Part shown: positions 8,399-18,600 of the stretch, piece after piece
How the letters are laid out: the number at the start of each line of letters is the position of its first letter
Numbering within the stretch: the first letter of the stretch is position 1
Source of the DNA: a bacterium
GTDB lineage: Bacteria; Krumholzibacteriota; Krumholzibacteriia; LZORAL124-64-63
Length of the DNA stretch: 64,000 nt
Assembly: GCA_031441465.1 (NCBI GenBank)
Contig: JANOEP010000066.1
Span: 1-64,000 of the forward strand
Reading direction: 5' to 3'
Notes under the pieces: model-generated
Databases searched by the model: none
Told to the model about the DNA's origin: nothing
Seen by the model: the letters and a program-made list of their open reading frames with translations, nothing else
Translations under genes and position numbers: made by a program

Positions 8399-10161
8399 AC
8401 CACCCGCTGACCAACCCCGTCCACAGCTTCCACATCCCCGTGATGGGGACGGGCTTTACTGTGGACACGCCGCTGAAGGTGGCGCGCTACGGGATCTCCT
8501 CGGTGGTCTCCCTGGTCGACGATATCCTGCTCGAACAGATGCGCGGTCATGTCTGCCGGCGCGAGGGACGCGGCTTCGAGGCCGTCCCGCACGACGCCGA
8601 GGACGCGCGCGCCGACCGGATCACCCGTTACCTCGACCTCCTCGGGGAAGTGGTGGACCGTCAGATCGGTCAGGTGCGCGAAGCCGTCTTCGAGAAGGGC
8701 AGCGAGATCACCCGCTACTTCGAGATGCTCCCGGGCTCGCCGTTGCGGGCCGTCTACGAGCGCATGCAGGCGGCGGCGGGTCCCGCCCGCGCCCGGCTCC
8801 AGGACGAGCTGCGCGGCTCGGTGGTCGCCGGTGGCATCGACGTCAACATCATGACGAAGCTGGACCGTGTGCGGCTCCACCGCGGCCAGCCGCTGGGCCC
8901 CACGTTCACCGACGCCATGAGCGCGCTGCGCGGCTACGCCCGCAGCCGGTTGCGCTCCTCGGTGGTCCTCTCGGCGGGCTTGAATCGCCGCCTGTTCGGC
9001 TACCTGGCCGAGTTCGACGACTTTTTCCCGGACGGCGCCGGGGATATGCGCAAGCGGATCGTGCTGAAGGTGAGCGACTTCCGCTCGGCGCAGATCCAGG
9101 CCCGCTTGCTGGCCCAGAAGGGCCTGTGGGTTTCCGAGTTCCGCGTCGAGTCGGGTCTCAACTGCGGCGGGCACGCCTTCGGCGGGACGGGCACGCTGCT
9201 CGGTCCGGTGCTCCAGGATTTCAGCCGGGAACGGGCACGCTTGGCGGCGCAGTTGCGCGAAAGCTGGGCCTCGGCGCTGGCGTCCCTCGGGCGTGCCGTG
9301 CCCGACGCCACCCCGGCGCAGCGGGTCACGGTTCAGGGCGGCATCGGCACGGCCGAGGAAAACGAACTGCTGCTGCAGCATTACGGCGTCGACGGCACCG
9401 GTTGGGGCAGCCCGTTCCTGATGGTGCCGGAGGCCGTCAACATCGATCCGGTCCACCTCGACCGGCTGTGCAAAGCCGGCGAGGACGACATCCACCTCAG
9501 CGACAGTTCGCCGCTGGGCGTCCCGTTCTGGAGCCTGCGCAACTCGGCGAGCGAACTGGAACGGCTGCGGCTGATCGAGGCAGGCCACCCCGGCAGCGCC
9601 TGCCCCAAGGGGTTCCTGGTCGCCGACACCGAGTTCACCCCGGTGCCGATCTGCACGGCCAGCCGCGCCTACCAGAAGCGCAAGTTGGAGGCGATCGCCG
9701 ACTCCGGCTTGGACGCGGCCGAGCGCGCGCGCCGGACCAGCGACGTGGTGATCAAGGCGTGCATCTGCCACGATCTGGCCGGCGGCGCGACCCTGCCCTC
9801 GGGGATCGACCCCGACGCCCACACCGCGGTCTGTTGCGGCCCGAACACGGCCTACTTCACGCGTCCGGCCAGCCTGCGCGAGATGATCGACCACATCTAC
9901 GGCCGCAGCCGGTTGCCCCTGGCCGAGCCGCGCCCCCACATGCTGCTCAAGGAACTGAGCCTGCACCTGGACCGGTTGCGCCTCGCCGCCGCCGACCGGC
10001 AGGACCAGGGCACGGAAGCGGCGGCACGCGTACGGGAAAACCTGCTGGCCGGGATCGCCCACTACCACGATCTGGCGGCGCGGGCCCTGGCCGACGCGCG
10101 CGCCAGCTTCCTCGAGCGACTCGAGAGCCTGCAGTCGGAGTTGCTGGCGCCCAGGTCTTAG
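8395..10161 (+). CDS. conserved hypothetical protein, FMN TIM-barrel (nitronate monooxygenase/FabK/FabX-like)
   Basis: IPVMGTG, ESGLNCGGHAF, VQGGIGT, GWGSPFL, SSPLGVPF and a Cys-rich C-terminal region. Confidence 0.7.
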   Translation: MNHPLTNPVHSFHIPVMGTGFTVDTPLKVARYGISSVVSLVDDILLEQMRGHVCRREGRGFEAVPHDAEDARADRITRYLDLLGEVVDRQIGQVREAVFEKGSEITRYFEMLPGSPLRAVYERMQAAAGPARARLQDELRGSVVAGGIDVNIMTKLDRVRLHRGQPLGPTFTDAMSALRGYARSRLRSSVVLSAGLNRRLFGYLAEFDDFFPDGAGDMRKRIVLKVSDFRSAQIQARLLAQKGLWVSEFRVESGLNCGGHAFGGTGTLLGPVLQDFSRERARLAAQLRESWASALASLGRAVPDATPAQRVTVQGGIGTAEENELLLQHYGVDGTGWGSPFLMVPEAVNIDPVHLDRLCKAGEDDIHLSDSSPLGVPFWSLRNSASELERLRLIEAGHPGSACPKGFLVADTEFTPVPICTASRAYQKRKLEAIADSGLDAAERARRTSDVVIKACICHDLAGGATLPSGIDPDAHTAVCCGPNTAYFTRPASLREMIDHIYGRSRLPLAEPRPHMLLKELSLHLDRLRLAAADRQDQGTEAAARVRENLLAGIAHYHDLAARALADARASFLERLESLQSELLAPRS

Positions 10162-10171
10162 TGTCAGGACA

Positions 10172-10939
10172 CTAGCGACGCCGGACGAGGGTCCGCGCAT
10201 CCCGCAGCACGGCGCCCAGCGCCGACGTCCCCGCCCACACCAGACCCGCCCAGCCGTCCCGCACGCAACCGCGGCGGACGTACTGTCGCCAGAACGTGGC
10301 CGGTGCCGCGACCCACAGGTGCCAGGCGGCGCGGGCCCGCGAGCCACGGCGGGCCTCCAGACGCGTGTACTGGTCGACCTTACGCAGGTATTCCCGCCAG
10401 GACGTCATGGTGTGGTGGTCGAGGGGGCCGGCGAAATCGCCGATCCGCGCCCCGGGCGGCAGGCTCACCCCTTCGTGGACCGCCGCGTCGTCGAACGTCG
10501 CGCCCCGGGTGCGGAAGAGGCGCAGGTGAGGACGGCCCGCCAACTCCCGGCAGGTCATGCGGCGGCCCAGGACGTGCGTGTCCAGGGGGATGCGCCAGGC
10601 GTCGCAGGTCTCGATCGAGCCGTCCGTGATTCGCCGCTGCAACTCTTCGCGCAGCGATCCGGAAAGACGCTCGTCGGCGTCGACCCACAGGGCCCAGGGC
10701 GTGCCCACCAGCGCCAGGGCGCGCCGCCGCGCCGGCCCGAAGTCGTCCATCTCCGACCCGGCCCAGCGCACGGCGAAGCGTCCGGCGGCCTCTTCGGCGA
10801 CGAGCAGGGCCACGGTGCCGTCGCGGCTGCCGGTGTCCAGGATCGCCAGCGCGTCGACGACACCCGCCAGGGAATCGAGGCACGCCGGCAGCCGGCGTTC
10901 CTCGTTGCGCACGATCATCGTCGCCGTTAGCTTGCGCAT
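10172..10939 (-). CDS. glycosyltransferase family 2 (WaaE/KdtX-like)
   Basis: MIVRNEE..L..CLDSL, DTGSRDGT, WVDADE, VHE motifs; ATG 10939. Confidence 0.9.
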   Translation of the reverse strand: MRKLTATMIVRNEERRLPACLDSLAGVVDALAILDTGSRDGTVALLVAEEAAGRFAVRWAGSEMDDFGPARRRALALVGTPWALWVDADERLSGSLREELQRRITDGSIETCDAWRIPLDTHVLGRRMTCRELAGRPHLRLFRTRGATFDDAAVHEGVSLPPGARIGDFAGPLDHHTMTSWREYLRKVDQYTRLEARRGSRARAAWHLWVAAPATFWRQYVRRGCVRDGWAGLVWAGTSALGAVLRDARTLVRRR

Positions 10940-11063
10940 GGCCGCGGCTCCCGGGTTGCGGCGGTTCGGTCGTTCGGCGCACGATAGCACGCGCCGGACC
11001 CGCCGCGAAGCCCGGGTCGGCCGGCCGGTTCCTGCTCGCTCCCTCACCGACCGGAGGTCCGAC

Positions 11064-12128
11064 GTGACGCATCCCCAGCCGACGGCACCGTCCGTCCGCG
11101 ACGCCCTGCGCGAGGTCCTGGTGCCGGGCACCAGGGTCGACGTGGTCAAGATCGACCTGATCGGCGACGTGCAGGTCGCCGACGGCCTGGTCGAGGTGCG
11201 GATCAAGCACACCACGGAAAAACAGGAGACCATCGACGCGGTGCGGCAGCTGGTCGAGGCGCGCGTGCGCGCGCTGCCCGGCGTGCGCGAAGCCCGCGTC
11301 GTGGTTGACAGCCACGCGCCGCCGCCCAAACGCGCGGCGCCCAACCCCGACCCGTGGGCCGACCGGGTCCGCCTCGACGGCGTGAAGCGGATCGTCGCGG
11401 TGGCCAGCGGCAAGGGCGGGGTGGGCAAGTCGACGGTGGCGGTGAACCTGGCGCTGGCCCTGCAGGCGCAAGGGCACCGCGTCGGGCTGATGGACGCGGA
11501 CATCTACGGGCCGTCGCTGCCCACGATGCTCGGCACTCAGGAAGGTCCCGTGGCGCTGGGGGAGAAGGCCATCCGCCCCGTCGTCTCGCACGGGCTGCAG
11601 TGCATCTCGATGGGCATGCTCGTGCCGGCCGGCCAGGCGGTGATCTGGCGCGGGCCGATGGTCATGGCGGCCGTGCGCCAGTTCCTCAAGGACGTGGTCT
11701 GGGAGGACCTCGACTACCTGGTCGTCGACATGCCGCCGGGCACCGGCGACGCGCAGCTCACCCTGGTCCAGCAGGTGCCGGTCGACGGCGTGGTGATGGT
11801 GACCACGCCGCAGGAACTCGCGCTCGCGGACGTGCGCCGCGGCATCCAGATGTTCGGTCAGGTGGGCGTGCCGGTCCTGGGCGTGGTGGAGAACATGAGC
11901 TACTTCCACTGCCCGGACAACGGCAAGGCCTACCACATCTTCGGCAAGGGCGGCGGTCGCGCCGTGGCCGACGAGTTCGGGGTGCCCCTGCTCGCGGAAC
12001 TGCCGCTGGATCCGGCGACCCGGGAGGGCGGCGACACCGGCGCGCCCGTCGTCGAGGCGGGGGACAGTCCGACGCGGCGGGCGTTCCTGGAGCTGGCGCA
12101 GAAGGTCGCGGAGCGGCTCACGCCCTGA
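11064..12128 (+). CDS. mrp: Mrp/NBP35 (ApbC) Fe-S cluster carrier ATPase
   Basis: SGKGGVGKST, DADIYGPS, WRGPM, DMPPGTGD, ENMSYFHCP; GTG after GGAGG. Confidence 0.95.
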   Translation: MTHPQPTAPSVRDALREVLVPGTRVDVVKIDLIGDVQVADGLVEVRIKHTTEKQETIDAVRQLVEARVRALPGVREARVVVDSHAPPPKRAAPNPDPWADRVRLDGVKRIVAVASGKGGVGKSTVAVNLALALQAQGHRVGLMDADIYGPSLPTMLGTQEGPVALGEKAIRPVVSHGLQCISMGMLVPAGQAVIWRGPMVMAAVRQFLKDVVWEDLDYLVVDMPPGTGDAQLTLVQQVPVDGVVMVTTPQELALADVRRGIQMFGQVGVPVLGVVENMSYFHCPDNGKAYHIFGKGGGRAVADEFGVPLLAELPLDPATREGGDTGAPVVEAGDSPTRRAFLELAQKVAERLTP

Positions 12129-12250
12129 AGCGGATTCTGCTCACGGCCGGCCTGGCGGCGCGGACGATTCCTGCTTCCCTGCGGCGGGCATTCGTGAATA
12201 ATCCGGACTGTCGTGCGGCGGAGCCGGGACGTTCATGGCTGGAGGTCGGC

Positions 12251-13456
12251 GTGACGGGACGGGTGCGTTGGTGGACGGGGGACGGGGTCGTGTTCGCGAC
12301 GCTGCTGATGACGGCCCTGGCGTCGCAGTTGTCGGTGGCGATCGGGCAGTCGGCTCTGGGCCTGGCGCTGCTGGCGGCGCTGGTCCGGCTGGCGCTGCGG
12401 CGCGACCGGCCGGCGCGCACCGGGCTCGAACTGCCGTTCCTGTTGCTGCTGGTCTGGGCGCTGGCGATGATCCCGTTGTCCGACGTGCCGCACGAAGGCC
12501 TGCGCAACGCGCGCCGCTTCTACCTCTTCGTGCCGTTGTGGCTGGGGGCGGGCTACGTCGCCGGCGAGCGGCGCCGCTGGGCGGTGCTGGCGGCGATCGC
12601 GCTCGGCGCGACGATCAACGCCGTCTACAGTGTCGTCGTCGAATCGGTGATCCCCGGCGACTACGCGTTGCGCATCGGCATGATCCAGCACAGCATCATC
12701 ACCGCGAGCTGGCTCGTGATGTCGGCCGTCCTGCTGGCGGGGGCCGTCGTGCTGCTGGGGCCTGGAAGGCGGCTGCGCCTGGCGGCCGTCCTGGTGATGG
12801 CGCCGTTGCTCGTCGCCCTCGCGCTGACCCAGTCGCGCAGCGCCTGGCTGGGCGCCGCCGCCGGCCTCGGGCTGATGACCCTGTGCGCGCGGCCGCGCCT
12901 GATCCTGCCCCTGCTCCTGCTGGCGGTGGCGGGCGTCGCGCTGTCGCCGGCGCACCTGCGCGACCGGCTGTGGTCGGTGACCGACCCGTCGCAGGCCACC
13001 AACGCGCAGCGCCTGGTCCTGTGGCGCGCCGGGCTGGACCTCGTGCGCGAGCACCCGGTCACCGGCGTCGGCGACCGCAACCTCGGGCCGCTCACGCCCG
13101 CGCTGGTGGTGGTGCCGGGCGCCACCTTGACCACCCACGTGCGCCACCTCCACCAGAATTTCCTGATGCTCGCCGCGATCTGGGGCGTGCCGGGACTCGT
13201 GTTCGGATCCTGGTTCCTGCTGGGACTGGGCTGGCGACTGGGCAACCGTTGGCGGGAACTGCGGGCCGCCGGCGCACGGGCGCCGCCGGCGCGCCGGGTC
13301 TGGGCGCTGGGCGCACTGGGCGTCTGGGCGGGCGTGATGGTCGCGGGGTTCTTCGACTGGACGTTTGGGGATCCCGAGCTGGGGCTGGTCTACCTGCTGG
13401 CGGCCGGCGTCGCGCTGGCGCCGGCGAGGGAGAGCGACCCCCTGACGACGAGCTGA
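12251..13456 (+). CDS. O-antigen ligase family membrane protein
   Basis: Multi-TM; TQSRSAWLG, R..LW..G, HPVTGVG, HLHQ motifs; GTG after GGAGG. Confidence 0.85.
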   Translation: MTGRVRWWTGDGVVFATLLMTALASQLSVAIGQSALGLALLAALVRLALRRDRPARTGLELPFLLLLVWALAMIPLSDVPHEGLRNARRFYLFVPLWLGAGYVAGERRRWAVLAAIALGATINAVYSVVVESVIPGDYALRIGMIQHSIITASWLVMSAVLLAGAVVLLGPGRRLRLAAVLVMAPLLVALALTQSRSAWLGAAAGLGLMTLCARPRLILPLLLLAVAGVALSPAHLRDRLWSVTDPSQATNAQRLVLWRAGLDLVREHPVTGVGDRNLGPLTPALVVVPGATLTTHVRHLHQNFLMLAAIWGVPGLVFGSWFLLGLGWRLGNRWRELRAAGARAPPARRVWALGALGVWAGVMVAGFFDWTFGDPELGLVYLLAAGVALAPARESDPLTTS

Positions 13457-13466
13457 TGGGCGCCGC

Positions 13467-14987
13467 TCAGGCGTAGCCGAGTTCGCGCAGCTGTCGCCGC
13501 ACCCGGTCGTCGAGGTGTTCCCAGTCGCCGGCGGTCTCCGGCTCTCCCCGATCGCCGCCATCGTCATGATCGCCGGCGCGATCCCACACCGAAACCGCGT
13601 CCAGCAGTTCCTGCAGGCGCTGCGGCTGTTCCGCGCTCAGGTCGCGCAATTCCAGCGGATCATCGCCGAGATGGAAGAGCGCCAGCGCTTCCCGGGGACG
13701 GCGCCGGGCGACGAGCTTCCACGGCCCGCGCTTCACGCCGACCAGATCCGGTCCATAGGCGAGATCTTCCGCGAGCAGGACCCGGTCCGGCGCCGCCGGC
13801 GTGGCGTCGTCGTGGGGCTGGGCGCGGCCGATCAGGGACGCGGGCGCGCGTGCGGGCGTCGGCAGCGGCGGCTGGCCCAGCCAGGCGGCGGCCGTCGGCG
13901 CCAGGTCGCAGAGGGAGACCGGGCGGCGCGCGATCACGCCCGACGGCACGCCGGGGCCGCGCGCGAGCCAGGGCACGTGCAGCAGTTCCTGGAACTGGGT
14001 GTGGCCGTGGCCGATGGCGCGCAGGTCGCGAGGGTCGTGATCCCAGCGGCGCGCGAAGGCGGCGTGCTCCAGGAACTCCTCACCGTGGTCCGACCAGACC
14101 ATCACCAGGGTGTTCGTCGCGAGGCCCCAGTCCTCGAGACGATCCAGGATCGTCCCCAGCGACTCGTCGACGTGGCGGACCGACGCCGCGTAGAGGGCCT
14201 TCTTGGCGGCCAGGGCCAGGGCGGCCCGTGCGTCCAGCGGCAGGGCGGCCCGGCCGAGGTGGGGCACCCCGACCGACTCGTCGCCCCAGCGCGCCAGGGC
14301 CCGCAACTGCGCATCGCCGTAGCTGCCCGCCCCCGCGGCTTCGAGCAGGGGGGCGCACAGCCGGCGTGGCGGCATGGTCGGCTCGTGCACGTCGTTGAAC
14401 AGGACGAAGGCGCAGAACGGCCGGTCCGCGCGGCGCCGGATCCAGTCCAGGGCGAGCGCGGCGAGGTCGGGCGCGGCGTGGTTGCGGTAGAGTCGTTCCT
14501 GGAAACTTTCCGCCAGACCGAACCCCACGAAGGGGTTCGAGAAGATCGCACCGGTGCGGTAGCCGCAGTCGGCCAGGTGGCCGGCCAGCGTGGGCGCGCC
14601 GTCGCGCAGGCGTGCGGGAGCCTGCTGCGCCAGGTTGCGCGGGCCGCCGCTCATCCCGGCGCCGTGCAGGCTGGGCATCACGCCGGTCAACGCGCTGGCG
14701 AACGAGGGGAGGGTCCAGGGTGCGGGCGCGTTCGCGTCGGCGAAGCGCAGGCCGTCGCGGGCCAGGACGTCGAGGGCGGGGGTCAGCGACCGGCCGTTGC
14801 CGTCGATGCCGACGTGGTCGGCGCGCAGGGTGTCCACCGCCAGCAGCAGCAGATTGGGCGGTCCCTCGCGGCGGGGTGCGGCGGCGGGCGGCGACAGGGT
14901 CCGGCGCAGGACGGTGAGCAGACGGTCGCGATGCGTCGCGAGGCGCCGCCGGCGAGTCAAGGGCAGGAAAGGATCGTTCTGGTTCAT
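13467..14987 (-). CDS. sulfatase-like alkaline phosphatase superfamily protein
   Basis: VDTLRADH, APWTLPS, SDHGEEF, GHGH, LLHVP motifs. Confidence 0.88.
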   Translation of the reverse strand: MNQNDPFLPLTRRRRLATHRDRLLTVLRRTLSPPAAAPRREGPPNLLLLAVDTLRADHVGIDGNGRSLTPALDVLARDGLRFADANAPAPWTLPSFASALTGVMPSLHGAGMSGGPRNLAQQAPARLRDGAPTLAGHLADCGYRTGAIFSNPFVGFGLAESFQERLYRNHAAPDLAALALDWIRRRADRPFCAFVLFNDVHEPTMPPRRLCAPLLEAAGAGSYGDAQLRALARWGDESVGVPHLGRAALPLDARAALALAAKKALYAASVRHVDESLGTILDRLEDWGLATNTLVMVWSDHGEEFLEHAAFARRWDHDPRDLRAIGHGHTQFQELLHVPWLARGPGVPSGVIARRPVSLCDLAPTAAAWLGQPPLPTPARAPASLIGRAQPHDDATPAAPDRVLLAEDLAYGPDLVGVKRGPWKLVARRRPREALALFHLGDDPLELRDLSAEQPQRLQELLDAVSVWDRAGDHDDGGDRGEPETAGDWEHLDDRVRRQLRELGYA

Positions 14988-15040
14988 CGCTCCGTGTTCG
15001 CTTCCTGGACAGCCGCGGTTCCGGCGACTAGTCTAGGTCC

Positions 15041-15499
15041 ATGGACCTTTGTGCGCACATTCCCGAAGGATGCCTGCTGCCGCGACTGGCCTGTGCAGGC
15101 AAGGAAGAGGCCGTCGCCGCGCTCGCCACGGCCGTGGCCCGCGCCGTCGGCCTGGCGGACGACCGCGCGTTGCGGCAGGAGATCCTCGCGCGCGAAGCCG
15201 TCGGGGACACCAACGTCGGCCTGGGTGTCGCCATCCCCCACATCCGCACCCGGTTGGTCCAGAGACCCCTGCTCGCGGTCGCCACGCTGTCCGGAGTTCC
15301 GCCCCGAGCGGGGCAGGAGCCGCCCGTGGATGTGCTGCTGCTGATCGTGGGGCCGCAGCAGGATCCGCGCGCGATGCTCAAGCTCCTGGCCCGACTGGTG
15401 CGGCAGGTCAAGGCCCCCGGCTTCCTCGAAGACCTGCGGCGGGCGACGACGCCCGACGAGTTGAAACGGGCCTTTCCCGTCGACGAACCGGCGACCTGA
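15041..15499 (+). CDS. stand-alone PTS EIIA (Fru/Ntr-type) domain protein
   Basis: ARE..GDT..G.GVAIPH phospho-His motif. Confidence 0.88.
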   Translation: MDLCAHIPEGCLLPRLACAGKEEAVAALATAVARAVGLADDRALRQEILAREAVGDTNVGLGVAIPHIRTRLVQRPLLAVATLSGVPPRAGQEPPVDVLLLIVGPQQDPRAMLKLLARLVRQVKAPGFLEDLRRATTPDELKRAFPVDEPAT

Positions 15500-15516
15500 A
15501 ACCGCACGATTTCCGC

Positions 15517-15546
15517 TTGGCTCTCCCCCCGGCTCTGGGCTATGTT
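15517..15546 (+). promoter_or_regulatory. possible sigma70-type promoter for the 15620-25604 operon
   Basis: TTGGCT-N18-TATGTT in the intergenic gap. Confidence 0.35.
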
Positions 15547-15619
15547 AAACGGCCCGGCAACGGCCCACAACCGAGATCATTCCCGACAATGTTTTCCCTC
15601 CGCAAGGGAGCGAGGTCCG

Positions 15620-18600
15620 ATGACCAGCCAATCCAGGATCCCCCGCCGCGGCGCATGGATCGCCCTCGTGGCCGCGACCGTCGCGATCGCGACGACCGTT
15701 CACGCCGCCGCCGATCATCTGCTGATCAGCGAGGTCCTCGTCAAGGAGCGGCCGGGCGTGACGTCCTACGGCAGCGAGTACGTCGAGATCACCAACGCCG
15801 GCGCCGCGGCGGCCGACCTCGCGCAGGTCTACCTGTCCGACGCGAGCAACAGCCTCAGCGCGTCGTCCTACTACTACAACCTCGTGACCGGCGGGGGCGC
15901 CGGCGGCGGCGGCTCGTCGGGTGATTTCCACGCGCGCTTCCCCGCGGGCGCGACGCTGGCCCCGGGCGCGTCGGTGGTGGTGGCGCTGCGCGGCAGCACG
16001 GCCTTCCAGACCTCGCACGGCCGGCTGCCCGACTACGAATTGTACGAGGACGGGCTCGCTCCCGACGCCGTGCCGGAACTGGTCGAGGCGTTCCCCGGCA
16101 GCATCGGCTTCGGACTGGGCAACGGCGCGACCAACACGGTGCCGACCAGCGGTTGGCTGGACGACGTCTCCGAGACCCTGGTGATGTACCAGTGGGACGG
16201 CGCGGCCGACCTGGTGGAAGATCTGGACTACTTGACCTGGGGGACGAGCACGTCGCTGCGCATCAACAAGACAGGCGTGTCGGTCGACGGCCCGGACGCC
16301 GACGGCGTCGCCAGCGCCTACCTGGCCGACACCGCGGTGGGTTCGCAACAGGCGCTCATGACGATCCACACCTACGGCAAGTGCTTCCAGCGGCTCGGCA
16401 CCGACGAGGGGACCGAGACGGCCACCGGCGGCAACGGCGCCACGGGCCACGACGAGACCAGCGAAAACCTGCCGGCGACCTGGAGCGTGACCGTCGACCA
16501 GGACCCGACCTCCACCGGGACCGCGCCGCTCGCGACGCCCCTGGTGACCGCGGCCGAGACCTCGCCCGCGACGCCCTACAACACCTTGCCGGTGACCGTG
16601 TCGGCCACGGTCCTGTCCCCGTCCGGCAACGCCGTGAACTCGGTGGTCCTGCACTGGCGCACGACCGCCGGCTGGACCGAGACGGCCGCCACGGGCGGCG
16701 GCAGCTCCTGGAGCGCCCAGATCCCGACCCTGACGACCGGCACGGTCGTGCAGTGGTACGTGACCGCCGCCGGGACCGCCGGCGGCTCGAGCGCGCTGCC
16801 CCACGGCGCACCGCTCTACGCGCGTACCTACACCGTGCAGCAGGCGCCCGACCCGGGCGACAGCCCGCCGCACCTGCTGTTGACCGAGGTCTGCGTGCAG
16901 GGCAGCGACCACGAGTTCGTCGAGATCTACAACCCGACCGACGAGGCCGTCGAGCTGGACAACTTCTACCTCACCGACGCGGTCTACACCGCGCAGGGCT
17001 ACTGGCTGCTGCCGGCCGGCAACCCGTCCTCGGGGACCATCGGCGGCGGCACCTTCACGGACTTCCAGGCGCGCTTCCCGGCCGGCGCCACGATCGAGCC
17101 GGGCGAAGCGCTGACGATGTCGCTGGCCGGCAGCGACAAGTTCGAGACGGTCTGGGGCGCGGCGCCCGACTTCGAGATCCGCGAGGACGGCGCTTCGGCG
17201 GACGCGATCCCGAACATGCGCGAGGTGTTCCCCGGCAGCCTGCAGGGTGACGAGGCAGGCGCTTGGGCGACGCTGACCAACACGGCCGAGATCGTCGTGC
17301 TCTACTACTGGGACGGCGCCACCAACCTGGTTACCGACATCGACATGTTCATGTGGGGCTCGAGCACCAGCGCCCGCGTGGACAAGACCGGCGTGTCGGT
17401 CAACGGCTCGACCTACGCCGCCGACACGCCCGTGGCCTCGCAGGACCAGTTCATGCTGGCCCACGAGATCCTGGGCAGTTTCCAGCGCCTGGATCCCGGC
17501 GAGGGCACCGAGACCGAGACCGGCGGCAACGGCCCCCTGGGCCACAACGAGACCAGCGAGAACGTCAGCGGCACCTGGTCCGCCGCCGACGGCACGCCCG
17601 GCGTCTACGAAGTGGTCGAACTGGCCGTCACCGCGGCGACGCTCTTGCCGCAGCACCCGCAGCCGGGCGAAGCGGCCGTGGTGACCGCCGCGGTGACCGG
17701 CACCGCCGCGGTGACCGGCGTGACCCTGCGCTACGCCCTGGACGGGGGCGCGTTCACGGACGTCGCCTGCACCGACAACGGCAACGGCACCTGGAGCGGG
17801 ACGATCCCCGCCCAGGCCGACGGCGTCGAGGTGGCCTGGTACGTGACGGCCGCGGGCGCGGGCGGCGCTTCGGCGGTCTGGCCGGAGGGGGGCGCCGCCG
17901 CGGCGCCGACCTACACGGTCGAGACCATCGTCCCCGGGTACGGCCTGGCCAAGCTGCTGATGACGAAGGTCTGCACGCTCGGCACCGCCGCGGAGTTTGT
18001 GGAGATCTGCAACCCGAACGCCTTCGACGTGCCGCTGCGCAACTTCTACCTGACCGACGCGGTGTATTACGAGAGCCAGGCCTACTGGAACCTGCCGAAC
18101 GGCACGCCCTCGCGCGCCACGCTCGGCGGCGGCGACTTCACCGACTTCCTGGCGAAGTTCCCCGACGAAGCGGTGCTGGCGGCCGGCGACACGATCACCG
18201 TGTCGATCGGGGGCAGCCAGAGCTTCCTCTCCGCCTGGGGCGTGATGCCCTACTACGAGCTGTTCGAGGACGACGACTACGAGGACGCCGTCGACGACCT
18301 GCGCGAGGTGTTCGACGGCAGCATCAACGGCGTCACCGTGCCCACGCTGTCCAACCTCTCGGACACCGGCACCTACATCAACGGCGAGATCGTGGCCCTG
18401 TTCTTCTGGGACGGCATCAGCGACCTGGTGACCGACATCGACGTCTTCCTCTGGGGCGAGGGCAACTCCTACACGGTCGTCAAGTCCGGCATCACCATCG
18501 GCGCCAGCACCTACGCCGCCGAAGCCGGCTATCCCGACAAGTTCATGACCGAGCACGCCAACGGCGAAGCCTACGTCCGCGTCGACGCGACCGAAGGCAC

